A DNA stretch of 38,577 nt, from NCBI GenBank assembly GCA_035253365.1, contig DATFCE010000313.1, positions 1 through 38,577 of the forward strand, in the 5' to 3' direction. This document shows, piece after piece, positions 9,168 to 18,706 of this stretch (within the stretch, counting starts at the first letter, position 1; every line of letters begins with the position of its first letter). The stretch comes from Nitrospiraceae bacterium (GTDB lineage Bacteria > Nitrospirota > Nitrospiria > Nitrospirales > Nitrospiraceae). The notes under the pieces were generated by a model that saw only the letters and a list, made by a program, of their open reading frames with translations, was not told the origin of the DNA and did not search any database. The position numbers and the translations under genes are program-made.

Positions 9168-9872
9168 TCAAGTTCCTTGAACGGCCCGTTGCCATCGCAG
9201 GGTCAGGAAGAACGCGATTCCCGTCAGTCCTGCGGTGGCGATGGCGCCCCGGCTGAGCATGAGCACGCCATCCAGTAAAGAGATGCCGGCAATCAACGTC
9301 CCAACCATACGAGGTGTTGCCTTTCGCTTGGCGATATAGGTCAGTCCCACGACGTAGCAGAACAGGACAGTGGCGGCGGCAATCACAGGGAAGGCCAGCT
9401 CGCCTGCTACAACGACCGCAGCCGTGATGTAAATTAATGCTCGGCACAGGCCCATCATCCACGGTCCAAAAGGATTCCGCTTGTGGTGCGCATCATAGCC
9501 GATAATCGCCGCCGCCAACGTGACGGCTGCGACTGTCGGCCCCCATCCGTTTTCAAAGCCGATTGCGATGATCATCACGATTCCCGCCAGCACCATTCCA
9601 TAACCCATCGCAAACACCGTCCGAGCCGTGATAAGCCCGGCTGGTATGGGTCGCTCCGGGCGCTCGCGTCTATCGAAGTCTCGATCGAACCCATCGTTGA
9701 GAAACATCCCGCCGATGTAGAGCAAGCTAAACGCTGCAAGCAGCGCCGGCACACGGACAGCATCGAGCGACCCGCCCGCCAACACCACGCCAGTGAGCGT
9801 ATTCGTCCAGACGGTCGGCAGGTTGGAGACGCGACCCAGCCGGAGATACAACGCTAACCGTTCAAATCGCAT
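9168..9872 (-). CDS. eboC: UbiA-family prenyltransferase (EboC)
   Basis: Polytopic membrane protein with the Asp-rich motif NDGFDRDFDRRE. The start is ambiguous: ATG at 9872, 9893 or 9959. 9872 gives the usual short N-terminus before YLRLGRVSN and overlaps the eboE stop by 19 nt. Confidence 0.85.
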   Translation of the reverse strand: MRFERLALYLRLGRVSNLPTVWTNTLTGVVLAGGSLDAVRVPALLAAFSLLYIGGMFLNDGFDRDFDRRERPERPIPAGLITARTVFAMGYGMVLAGIVMIIAIGFENGWGPTVAAVTLAAAIIGYDAHHKRNPFGPWMMGLCRALIYITAAVVVAGELAFPVIAAATVLFCYVVGLTYIAKRKATPRMVGTLIAGISLLDGVLMLSRGAIATAGLTGIAFFLTLRWQRAVQGT

Positions 9873-11089
9873 GGCACCTGTTGCAAGACCCATCGCAATT
9901 CCCGTGTGATGGACGTGACGATGTCTTCGCTTCGATATTCTTCCGGGAGGACATGCCATGTATAGGTCTCAATCTCCAGATGTTGGGAGAGAGCCTCGGT
10001 GCGAATGAGCACGAGCAGGCGTCGCAGGAACTCCTGTGTGTTGACGAATAGTCCCAAGTGCTCACAAAACAACGGAACGTGAAAATGGATTCGCCATTCG
10101 GCGTCTCCTGTGGCTGCTCCGGACAAGGCTTCAAGGGCATCCGGGAGATCCGTGTATCGGGTCAAGGTACCGTGTCTTCGTTCCACGACCTGGTGGAGGT
10201 ACACGTTTTCGCTGAAACGCGTCAATGAGGCGCGATGCTCCTGCCAATTGTCGTCCAGCCACACCCGAAGCCCCGCGCTGATCTGAATTTTGCCGATTCG
10301 GATGCCCGCCGCTTGCAGCGCCCGGACCACCGCGTCAGGATCCTCAAATTCCACGGCCATGTGACACGCATCCACACACACGCCAAGATGGCGTCGAAGG
10401 AAGGCTTCGCTTTCCCGCCGAGCCATACCCGTCAGGGTACCGAGTCGATCCACAGCCTGTTGCGAGAAAAGCCATCCCTCGAAGAAGGCAATGGTCTCGG
10501 CAACGGTTTCCAGAAAGCAGCATGGTTCCGGCTCCAACGCCAGCGACACGATCCGCCCGGTGCGCTCACGGATATGATGCAACACAGCCAGATGCCGGAG
10601 CAGCCGATCCGCGAGACACGCCACATCCGCATCACCGGTGATACGGGATCGAAAGGCTCCCGGCACCGTGCTGATACTGCCTTCCAGGTGTCCGAACTTG
10701 GAACCCAAAGGCAGCAGCGCGGCCAATAATTCGGCGAGCTGATTGGTGTATCGCAGTCTCCGTTCGTCCAACCAGTCCGGCAGATAGACCTGCTCTTTGA
10801 CCGGTTTTTCATGAAATTGCCCGTACGGAAAGCCATTGAGGGTAAAGACATAGAGGTCATGCGTCTGAAGGAAGGATGAAAAGGCCTCAAGCGCAGCGGG
10901 CTTGGCAAGATCGTCCGCCGCTTGAGCCGAGAGGCGAAGACCGATGCCAAATGGACGATCAGGGGCAACCTGTGCCTTGACGTTGAGGAGGTACCGTTGG
11001 AGATTATCTCGCACCTCATCCCAGGTTTCTCCGGGATGAATATTGGTGCAATAGGTCAAATGGGGATGGCCAGGCGACCCCAGCATCAT
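9854..11089 (-). CDS. eboE: xylose-isomerase-like TIM-barrel protein (EboE)
   Basis: 411 aa. N-terminal LTYCTNIHPGETW, which I recall as the EboE signature. Its ATG overlaps the eboD stop (ATGA at 11086-11089). Confidence 0.8.
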   Translation of the reverse strand: MMLGSPGHPHLTYCTNIHPGETWDEVRDNLQRYLLNVKAQVAPDRPFGIGLRLSAQAADDLAKPAALEAFSSFLQTHDLYVFTLNGFPYGQFHEKPVKEQVYLPDWLDERRLRYTNQLAELLAALLPLGSKFGHLEGSISTVPGAFRSRITGDADVACLADRLLRHLAVLHHIRERTGRIVSLALEPEPCCFLETVAETIAFFEGWLFSQQAVDRLGTLTGMARRESEAFLRRHLGVCVDACHMAVEFEDPDAVVRALQAAGIRIGKIQISAGLRVWLDDNWQEHRASLTRFSENVYLHQVVERRHGTLTRYTDLPDALEALSGAATGDAEWRIHFHVPLFCEHLGLFVNTQEFLRRLLVLIRTEALSQHLEIETYTWHVLPEEYRSEDIVTSITRELRWVLQQVPCDLNG

Positions 11090-12273
11090 GGGCGGTGCGG
11101 GGCATAGGTTGCAGAGAAAGCGCGGCCGTGAAGCTGCGCGATGGACGCGCGCATAAGGTCTACATCGATCTCGTGCGCCTCGAACCCGTCTCCGATCGCG
11201 CTTAACAGCGTGACGGTCAGCTCGCCGCCGAGATGCTCGCGGAATTCCGCCAAGCCGGTGAGCAATTCAGAATGCGCCAGGGCCTCATCCCACAACACCA
11301 GGCCGAGATTGTGTAACAGCCTCAGCACGTTCTCTCCCGCCGGACGCTCAAGAAAGCCGGCATTGATGGAGTAGAGCGTATCGAGCGCGACGCCGATTGC
11401 CACGGCCTCGCCATGCCGGAGACGGTAGCGAGTGAGGGACTCTAATTTGTGGGCAGCCCAGTGCCCGAAATCCAGCGGCCTGGCGCACCCGAACTCGAAC
11501 GGATCGCCCGAGCCGGCAATATGATCCAGATGAATCTCCGCGCAGCGCCTGATCAGAAACGACACGGTCTCCGGATCGCCCGCCTCAAGCAAGGGCGCCT
11601 GATCGACCATCCAGTCGAAGAACCGCGCATCGCGAATGAGCGCCGCCTTCACGGCTTCCGCCATTCCCGACACGCGGTCCCTCGGGCTTAATGTTTCGAG
11701 AAACCGCCGGTCATTCAGCACGGCGAACGGGGGAGAAAACGTGCCGAAGAAATTTTTTTTACCGAATGCATTCACGCCGTTTTTTACGCTTACGCCCGCA
11801 TCGTTCTGCGCAAGCACCGTGGTCGGAACACGGACGAGGCGAAGCCCCCGATGAGTAATCGCCGCGGCATAGCCCACCATGTCAAGAAGGGCCCCACCGC
11901 CTATGGCGACCACGCAGGCATGACGATCCATATTCCGGGCGTTCAGATCGGCATGGAGCCGGGCCACGAGGGTAGGGGCGTTCTTGGCCGCCTCCCCCCC
12001 TTCTATCACGATGGGCGCCCCTGCCAGATCCAATCGATCTCGATAAACGTCGGCGTAGCGTTGAATGTCCGCGCTCAGTGCCGGCCACGCCGAGGCCACT
12101 CCCCGATCAATGACGACACAGAGGCGATGCCGCCGTATCGGTTCGTTTCGCGAAATGACCGAGACCAGGCTGGGATTTGCGGAAGCAAACACCTCGGTCG
12201 TGAATACGACGGGGTACTCAAAGGGGACGGCAATCTTTTGCAGATGCAGGTCCATACCGCACCGTTTCAACAT
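11086..12273 (-). CDS. eboD: 3-dehydroquinate synthase-like sugar phosphate cyclase (EboD)
   Basis: DHQS-family nucleotide-binding motif VAIGGGALLDMVGYAAA. The track ORF reaches 12351, but that would overlap yjbQ. The ATG at 12273 shares its A with the yjbQ stop (TGATG). An alternative ATG is at 12255. Confidence 0.85.
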   Translation of the reverse strand: MLKRCGMDLHLQKIAVPFEYPVVFTTEVFASANPSLVSVISRNEPIRRHRLCVVIDRGVASAWPALSADIQRYADVYRDRLDLAGAPIVIEGGEAAKNAPTLVARLHADLNARNMDRHACVVAIGGGALLDMVGYAAAITHRGLRLVRVPTTVLAQNDAGVSVKNGVNAFGKKNFFGTFSPPFAVLNDRRFLETLSPRDRVSGMAEAVKAALIRDARFFDWMVDQAPLLEAGDPETVSFLIRRCAEIHLDHIAGSGDPFEFGCARPLDFGHWAAHKLESLTRYRLRHGEAVAIGVALDTLYSINAGFLERPAGENVLRLLHNLGLVLWDEALAHSELLTGLAEFREHLGGELTVTLLSAIGDGFEAHEIDVDLMRASIAQLHGRAFSATYAPHRP

Positions 12274-12695
12274 CACTCGCCGAGCACCTGCACGATCACC
12301 TCGCGCGTTCTCGCACGCGTATCGAAATCGATGACGACAATCTGCTGCCACGTACCCAACATCAGAGCGCCGTCTTGGAATGGAATCGTCACGGAGGGGC
12401 CCTGAAGTTGACCGCGCAAATGACTATGGCCATTGTCCTCGCCGGCATTGCGGGTGTTGTGCCGCCACGACGGGTCTGCAGGAATCAACGTTTCCCAAAA
12501 CGCTTGGGTATCCTCCCGAATCCCCGGCTCATCTTCGATGATCATGACCGACGCCGTGGTATGTCTGACGAAGACCGTCACGAGACCGGCGTTCAACCCC
12601 GTGCCGGCCAGCGCCTCTTGTACGTCTTGGGTCACATTCCGGACCTGCGAATCGCCTTTCATGCTGAGTCGCAACGGCATGTTTCTTACCGGCAT
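12273..12695 (-). CDS. yjbQ: YjbQ/UPF0047-family protein (secondary thiamine-phosphate synthase family)
   Basis: Aligns along its length with E. coli YjbQ from memory: HTTASV vs HTSASL, GTWQQIV vs GTWQGIW, C-terminal VLGE vs LQGE. Confidence 0.85.
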   Translation of the reverse strand: MPVRNMPLRLSMKGDSQVRNVTQDVQEALAGTGLNAGLVTVFVRHTTASVMIIEDEPGIREDTQAFWETLIPADPSWRHNTRNAGEDNGHSHLRGQLQGPSVTIPFQDGALMLGTWQQIVVIDFDTRARTREVIVQVLGE

Positions 12696-13615
12696 GCCGC
12701 ACCTGTCGCCATCTCTTTCAGATAACGCCGTTCTTCCTTGGATAAGGCGGTCCCGCGCGATTCAGCCACGATTGCATCAAAGACTCCCTCCGCGGCTAAG
12801 ACGCGAAGGGTCTCCATGACTGCCGCACTCACCATGCCCTCCCGCCGAAGCTTTTCCAAATACTCGAAGGCCTCCACCAGCGTTTCCCGCCGGCGGACAT
12901 AATAATCTCCGCCTCGTTGTCGATTGCTGTACGCTTCGAATTGCTCACAGGCAACCAAAATTTCCGCCAATTGCTTCACCCATGGCGTCGCCTCTGCGAG
13001 CTTCTCGGGATAATAGTAATACAGCATGATCGTGCCCATCCACGGCGACCACGGTACGCCCAGCGCCATAAGCTGCGGCCTTACCGCCCGCAGGCGCCGC
13101 TTCAAACGACGCGCATAGCCCAAGCGCATTTCGATCTGCTCCTGAGCCCAGGCATCGAGGTGAATGCCGGCGCGGCCGAGATCGCCGGCATACAGCTTGA
13201 GAAACGCCTCGGTTTCACAACCATAGCGGGTGTCAGGATAGACTGCGCGCCATTCGCGCGGTCGCGTCGGGATGCCATGTTGCTTGGCCCACGACCAAAT
13301 TTTTCCGAACAACCGACGATCGAGCCCCGCACGACCCAGATCATGCAAGAGGCACGCAATCTGGTACCGGACCACTCGCGCCGGCGGATGTCCCAGTCGC
13401 AGCGCCACGGCAGCGCACATGCGGGCCGTCCGCACGGCATGAGGGCGGTCATAGCCTCGAATGATCCGCGCCGGGCGTCGCGGGTGAGGAACGTCATAGA
13501 ATCGCATGAGCGTGGAGACGAGTGCACGAGGCAAGAGTAGCCGGGCGGACGCCGTCGATTTGGATGGATCAGCCACTCGTTCCTCGTTCACCGCATCAAT
13601 CGTCCGCCGGTACAC
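12686..13615 (-). CDS. HD-domain phosphohydrolase-like protein
   Basis: 309 aa. H...HD signature (HAVRTARM...ACLLHDLGR). Its stop overlaps the yjbQ ORF start region, so the two are probably co-transcribed. Confidence 0.7.
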   Translation of the reverse strand: MYRRTIDAVNEERVADPSKSTASARLLLPRALVSTLMRFYDVPHPRRPARIIRGYDRPHAVRTARMCAAVALRLGHPPARVVRYQIACLLHDLGRAGLDRRLFGKIWSWAKQHGIPTRPREWRAVYPDTRYGCETEAFLKLYAGDLGRAGIHLDAWAQEQIEMRLGYARRLKRRLRAVRPQLMALGVPWSPWMGTIMLYYYYPEKLAEATPWVKQLAEILVACEQFEAYSNRQRGGDYYVRRRETLVEAFEYLEKLRREGMVSAAVMETLRVLAAEGVFDAIVAESRGTALSKEERRYLKEMATGAACR

Positions 13616-13881
13616 ACAGGCATGGCATGCTCGACAGTTCTATGGCAGGATGGAGGTCCGAGCTTACAAGATGGCACGACCCACAATCAACCGACAGGCT
13701 GGCGGATCTACGCTAGCGGTCAAAGCCAAGAGGATCGGATCGATTGTTGCGGCTTGATCGAAGGACCGAGGCACATGAAGAAGTTCGACGACGCCTCGCC
13801 GAGGAGCACGTTCTCGCAGCCGGTAAAACCCTTAAAAACGTCGCGATGCCCCTAGGTGCGCCCGAATGAATGCTCGCGATG

Positions 13882-14565
13882 TCACCGTTTCAGCCATTTT
13901 CGGGCCATCTCTTCTGCTTCCTGAACTTGCGCGGCCGGCATCTGTCTGGCAAGCGTATCGCGCAACCGCGCAGCAGTCTTAGACCCGCGCGCCACTGCAA
14001 TCTCCCACCACATCAATGCTTCGACCTCGTTGTGCAAGCCGCCGCGGCCCTCATAACACATCTGGGCAAGCATCAAAAGAGCAGGGACATTGCCGTTTTC
14101 GGCTGCCACGCGGACCCACTTTCTCGCCTCAGCGTAATCCTGATCAATGCCCTTGCCGTCATAGTACATGAGCGCCAAATTCACTTGGCATTCAGGTGAC
14201 CCTGCTTCCGCCGCCAACTCGAACCAATGCACCGCTTCAGTATACAACGGAAACGAAGCCGCCCCCTTTTCGTAGAGTGCGCCGAGATTGCATTGCGCGG
14301 CTACAAAACCTTGCTCCGCCGCCAATCGATACCATCGCATCGCCATCCCGGCGTCTTGGGGCAACCCTCGTCCATTGGCATACATCACCCCGATGTTAAA
14401 CTGCGCAGCGGCATCACCTTGTTGGGCCACCGGCCAGAATTCTCGCAAGGCCGTCATATAATCGCCACGGCCATAGGCCTCAATGCCGTTGTTAAAATCT
14501 CCCTTAGCTTCCGACACCAGCACCACGATGCACCCGAACATGATCCATCCGGCAAGCCATTTCAT
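13882..14565 (-). CDS. Sel1-like repeat (SLR/TPR) protein, exported
   Basis: Several Sel1 repeats (AQFNIGVMYANGRGLPQD...AMRWYRLAAEQG; AQCNLGALYEKG...). Signal-like MKWLAGWIMFGCIVVLV. SD GAGGAGG lies 5 nt before ATG 14565 (the track start is 14631). Confidence 0.85.
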   Translation of the reverse strand: MKWLAGWIMFGCIVVLVSEAKGDFNNGIEAYGRGDYMTALREFWPVAQQGDAAAQFNIGVMYANGRGLPQDAGMAMRWYRLAAEQGFVAAQCNLGALYEKGAASFPLYTEAVHWFELAAEAGSPECQVNLALMYYDGKGIDQDYAEARKWVRVAAENGNVPALLMLAQMCYEGRGGLHNEVEALMWWEIAVARGSKTAARLRDTLARQMPAAQVQEAEEMARKWLKR

Positions 14566-14805
14566 CGTGACCTCCTCGAATCCATCCGGCTGACGCCCTG
14601 TATCTGTATGTAAGCTTACAAGGAAGGTCAATATGGGACAAGTGATTACGAGGAGCTACGAAGACTTTTCGCAAATAGTCAGTATGACTGATAAGCTGAC
14701 GTTCCTTTTGGATGCGTAGCCGAAATACTTGATATTTGAAGGCATCATAAAGTAGACGTTATCCACTTGAGTGCGCTTGAACGTCCAACCGATGAGGAGT
14801 AGATT

Positions 14806-16563
14806 ATGCATTTGACGCCATCCTTATTGCTCACCACTACCGTGATAACTGTACTGATCGTTAACGGCTGCCAGACGTGGGGCGGCGGCGAGCCGGGTCA
14901 GGGCCCGGGAAGCGATCAATCGACGGACACGCAGCCTCGAATTTCAAATGGCCCGATCCCGGATTTGAAGAATTTGTCCTCCGCGATTCGGCCGTTACCA
15001 CCCGCAGGAATCGCCGCATATCCCAAAGAAGTGATGGATACGACCTACGCCCCGCCGTCCGGCAACGACATGGCGGTGAAACAGGGGGATAACCTGCAGG
15101 CCAAAATCGATGCGGCGCCGTGCGGTAGCAAAATAAAGTTGGATGCGGGCGCCACCTTTACCGGAGCGTTCGTGCTGAAGAACAAGGGCTGCTCCGCAGA
15201 GAAGCCGATCTATATCATGTCCGCCGATCTCGACCGACTTCCCTCCGAAGGTAAGCGGGTAAGTCCGAAAGACGCGACGCACATGCCGAAGATTCAAGCC
15301 GCCGGTGGGTTGGCTTTTTCCGCCGAGTTCGGAACGGGCTATTATTGGCTCGTCGGGTTGGAGATTCTCTCGACCGTCAATGACCGAAACAGCATTCCGG
15401 ACACGCTCATTGATTTCGGCGAGCAGCCCGATCCTAACGTGACCGCCTATCCCTCCAAGCAGGAGGATTTCCCTCATCATATCGTGATCGATCGGTGCTA
15501 CATCCATGGACAACCGCGCGGCAATCTCAAGCGTGGGGTGGCGCTCAACGGCACTTATCAGGCCATCATCAATTCCTACCTCAGCGAGATTCACGGCGAT
15601 GGCGTCGAATCCAAGGGGATTAACGGCTGGGCTGGCCCCGGGCCGTTCATGATTTACAACAATCATATCGAAGCGGCCGGCATCAATGTCTTCTTCGGCG
15701 GCGCCTCGACATGGATTGAGAACATCAATCCGAGCGACATCGTGATTGCCCGCAATCACATTACGAAAAACACCGCCTGGCGGCAAGGAAGTCCCAATTT
15801 CGCCGGCGTGGCCTGGACAGCCAAAAATCTGATCGAATTGAAGAATGCCAAGCGCGTGCTGCTGGACTCCAACGTGCTCGAGAATAGCTGGGTTCACGCT
15901 CAAGCGGGGCAGGCTGTCCTTTATTCCCCGCAAAACGATCAGGGCAACATGGTCTGGTCCACCGTCGAGGACGTGACGTTTCAGCGCAATCTGGTCCGGC
16001 ATACGGCGATGACGTTTCATGTGCTCGGCTGGGGCTGGCCCAATCAAACCAAACAATCCAAGCGGAAACTGAACCGCCATAATGTGTTCGACGATATCGA
16101 TTGGGTGAAATGGGGCGGGTTCAATCGGGCGCGGAACATCATGATGGACAGCGGCTCCGACAGCGATTCCTGGGAGCACAATACCTTCAACAACACGGGA
16201 TCCGAACGCGGAATTCTCACGGCGGATCACTGCCCGCATTCCAACCTGGTGTTCCGGGATAATATTATCTTCGAAGGTCGCGGAGTTCTCGCCAGCGGGT
16301 ATTCACCGGGCGGCACGTCCTTGGAGGCGTGCTTTCCCGGAAAGATCTGGGCGCACAACATTCTGATCGACGGGTCAAAAGGGAATTATCCCTCGGGGAA
16401 TTTTTTTCCTTCCAAGGTCGATCAAGTCGGGTTTACCGATTATAAGGCCGCCAACTTCAAACTTCTGCCCTCGAGCCCATACAAAGGCAAAGCGTCCGAC
16501 GGTACCGACCCCGGAGCCGACTACGACGAGGTGACGGCTGCGACGGAGGGCGTCATCGACTGA
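14806..16563 (+). CDS. right-handed parallel beta-helix lipoprotein (possible polysaccharide-active enzyme)
   Basis: 585 aa. Lipobox LIVNGC and SD GAGGAG. Repetitive N/G/I-rich beta-helix-like segments (IINSYLSEIHGDGVESKGINGW, IYNNHIEAAGINVFFGG, IARNHITKN). The fold assignment is inference. Confidence 0.6.
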   Translation: MHLTPSLLLTTTVITVLIVNGCQTWGGGEPGQGPGSDQSTDTQPRISNGPIPDLKNLSSAIRPLPPAGIAAYPKEVMDTTYAPPSGNDMAVKQGDNLQAKIDAAPCGSKIKLDAGATFTGAFVLKNKGCSAEKPIYIMSADLDRLPSEGKRVSPKDATHMPKIQAAGGLAFSAEFGTGYYWLVGLEILSTVNDRNSIPDTLIDFGEQPDPNVTAYPSKQEDFPHHIVIDRCYIHGQPRGNLKRGVALNGTYQAIINSYLSEIHGDGVESKGINGWAGPGPFMIYNNHIEAAGINVFFGGASTWIENINPSDIVIARNHITKNTAWRQGSPNFAGVAWTAKNLIELKNAKRVLLDSNVLENSWVHAQAGQAVLYSPQNDQGNMVWSTVEDVTFQRNLVRHTAMTFHVLGWGWPNQTKQSKRKLNRHNVFDDIDWVKWGGFNRARNIMMDSGSDSDSWEHNTFNNTGSERGILTADHCPHSNLVFRDNIIFEGRGVLASGYSPGGTSLEACFPGKIWAHNILIDGSKGNYPSGNFFPSKVDQVGFTDYKAANFKLLPSSPYKGKASDGTDPGADYDEVTAATEGVID

Positions 16564-16577
16564 TGACGCCCTCCTTT
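16545..16577 (+). terminator. GC-rich hairpin spanning the stop codon (possible terminator)
   Basis: Perfect 13-bp stem GGAGGGCGTCATC (16545-16557) / GATGACGCCCTCC (16562-16574), 4-nt loop, followed by only TTT. Confidence 0.45.
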
Positions 16578-16739
16578 CCCGTTCCCAAATGGCCTGGAAA
16601 CGCCGGCATCGTGCTTCTTCTCAGCCGTTGCCATTAGTTGATTTCCTCGTCTTGTAAAATAGGCCCATCGTCGGCATGATCCGCACACTGAGAGGCCTGA
16701 ATGCGCTGATGAAGCGGACACCTCTTGCCATCGGAAGCA

Positions 16740-17816
16740 ATGTCCTCACCGATCAGAAAAATTGTTAAATCGTTTCTGCAAGCGGCGCATCTCTTGGGGC
16801 CCGCAAGAAGGCTGATCGCGCTCAACGCTGATGGCCGACGCATCGTCATGTTGCTGGCCGATGCAATGTCCGCATGGTGGGGCAGGACCATCCGGTATCG
16901 GCACAAGTCTCCGTCGGTCAAGCAGGAATTGTCATCTCTCCCGTCTATCCATTCCGACGTCCACGACACTTCTTTACACATTCAGAATCCCAAGCTGCTA
17001 TCGTTGTATGAGCGATATCACGCCCGGACTCCTTATCTTCGAATCACCTCGCCGTTGTGGCATCACATTCCACATCAGATGGACCTGCGCAATTTCCGCG
17101 ACCATTGCGGGTATCTATGGACGACGGAAAGCGCGTTTCGCTATAAGACCGCCGCTCGCTACGTCAGCCGTTTCGATCAGTTCAATCTTCTCCGGCTATT
17201 CGGGGAAGACAACGCATTCGGGTGTCGGACCTACCGCTGGAATGGTGTGGACATCTCGCGCGATAAGCTCGATTCGATTACCGAAATTTACTATCTGATC
17301 AGAAGATTTGGCCTGAACGTCTGCGATCAGGTCAAGGTGCTCGACATAGGAGCCGGATATGGACGATTGGCTCACCGATTTACCACGCTGTTTAAGCGTG
17401 CTGAGTACTACTGTGTAGACGCCATTCCGATTTCTACATTCTTGTGCGAGTTCTATCTGAGATTCCGGAAGGCCAAGCGCACCCATGTCGTGCCCTTTGA
17501 TCAACTCGACACGCTGGCGCAGCATCGTTTCGATTTTGCGATCAATGTCCATTCATTTCCCGAGCAGACCAGCGACTCAATCGAATGCTGGATGTCGCTC
17601 CTGGATTCCCTCGACCTCAAGCGCTTGGTCGTGGTCGATCACACCGGCCGTTGGTTGACGATGGAACATCCCGATAACCATTGGTCATGCTATTTCCCCA
17701 TCCTCCAGAAACACGGCTGGTCGCTCATCGATGCGCGACCCAAATACGAAACCGTCTTCGGCCATGTTTTCGGGATCTATCCAGAAGCGGTGTACGCCCT
17801 CTTTGCCCGAGCGTGA
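16740..17816 (+). CDS. class I SAM-dependent methyltransferase (sugar O-methyltransferase-like)
   Basis: Motif I VLDIGAGYGRLAH. First ATG at 16740 (the track start at 16725 is TTG). Confidence 0.7.
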   Translation: MSSPIRKIVKSFLQAAHLLGPARRLIALNADGRRIVMLLADAMSAWWGRTIRYRHKSPSVKQELSSLPSIHSDVHDTSLHIQNPKLLSLYERYHARTPYLRITSPLWHHIPHQMDLRNFRDHCGYLWTTESAFRYKTAARYVSRFDQFNLLRLFGEDNAFGCRTYRWNGVDISRDKLDSITEIYYLIRRFGLNVCDQVKVLDIGAGYGRLAHRFTTLFKRAEYYCVDAIPISTFLCEFYLRFRKAKRTHVVPFDQLDTLAQHRFDFAINVHSFPEQTSDSIECWMSLLDSLDLKRLVVVDHTGRWLTMEHPDNHWSCYFPILQKHGWSLIDARPKYETVFGHVFGIYPEAVYALFARA

Positions 17817-17914
17817 GCCATTAGGCCGCCCGTCCCCTATCTTTCTTCCCTTTTTCGGAATAAGCGGTATCTTAATGGTGATGAGCGTGAACACTTCTAT
17901 CGGCGAGGATAATT

Positions 17915-18082
17915 ATGAAGACGAATGATCCGGACCGTTGTACATCAGGCCATGATTTTACGCGCAACGGACAACAGACTGTTGTGCAGTGCCAAGGTTC
18001 AATTCACCATCATGGCTCGCATTTCTTCACCGAAGACCACTATACCGTGCGATGGTCGGACCCAAGCCGACACGCAGCCTAA
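17915..18082 (+). CDS. possible small Cys/His-rich protein (55 aa)
   Basis: Below the track length cutoff. I translated ATG 17915 to TAA 18080-18082 as MKTNDPDRCTSGHDFTRNGQQTVVQCQGSIHHHGSHFFTEDHYTVRWSDPSRHAA. SD GAGGA lies 6 nt upstream. It competes with the overlapping 17925..18137 ORF in another frame. Confidence 0.25.
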   Translation: MKTNDPDRCTSGHDFTRNGQQTVVQCQGSIHHHGSHFFTEDHYTVRWSDPSRHAA

Positions 18083-18310
18083 CCTACCCGGGAAAGAGTC
18101 GAACGGTACCGCATCCGCCGATCTTATAGAAGCCTGATTGAATGAGTCGTTCCTGGTGTGCGCCGGTCCCACGCCCTTCGATTCATTCACTCCCCACAAC
18201 TGCCGCCGCTTGCGTAACCCTTGAGACCCGAGCCTTACTTCTTCCGAGGAATGGCCCGGGAAGTATCATTCCGTTAAAACCCTTCCACGACTTCCCTTTC
18301 AATTCGAGCC

Positions 18311-18706
18311 ATGAAATTCCCTCTTGCAGATCTGCCCCATACATCGCCTTGGCCGCTCATGCTGTGCTGTGCCGGTCTTATCGTGTTGCTGTCATCGATT
18401 CCCCAACACGAATGGGCGAATCCCTTTTATGCCATACAACACAGCGATAAGCTGGAGCACGCCGTTGCTTACGCGGTTCTCACGTTGGCATGCCATCGAG
18501 CGTTCCGCTCCAGCAGCCGAAGGCCCCTCGCGCACTACGCCGGCGCCTTCTCCGTTTTGTTTGGCGTCAGCCTTGGTCTCGGATGCGAATGGTATCAATC
18601 CTTTATCCCCACCCGTTCAGTTGACGGATGGGATGTCGTTGCGAACAGTTGCGGCTCATTCGCCGCCCTCTGCGGCATAGCTGGCTTACGATCTCCTAAA
18701 AAATAG
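18311..18706 (+). CDS. VanZ-like membrane protein
   Basis: 131 aa with about four hydrophobic helices. DKLEHAVAYAVL motif characteristic of VanZ-like proteins. Confidence 0.7.
   Translation: MKFPLADLPHTSPWPLMLCCAGLIVLLSSIPQHEWANPFYAIQHSDKLEHAVAYAVLTLACHRAFRSSSRRPLAHYAGAFSVLFGVSLGLGCEWYQSFIPTRSVDGWDVVANSCGSFAALCGIAGLRSPKK

Noticed and set aside
14679-14691. Palindrome TCAGT-atg-ACTGA in the divergent Sel1/lipoprotein promoter region as an operator.
   Set aside because: Only 5-bp arms. That is expected by chance in a 170-bp AT-rich spacer, and there is no second copy.
14995-16239. A 414-aa minus-strand ORF antisense to the beta-helix lipoprotein gene.
   Set aside because: Low-complexity, His/Arg/Gly/Pro-rich translation with no start context. 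The + strand ORF is longer and has an SD, a lipobox and a repeat architecture.
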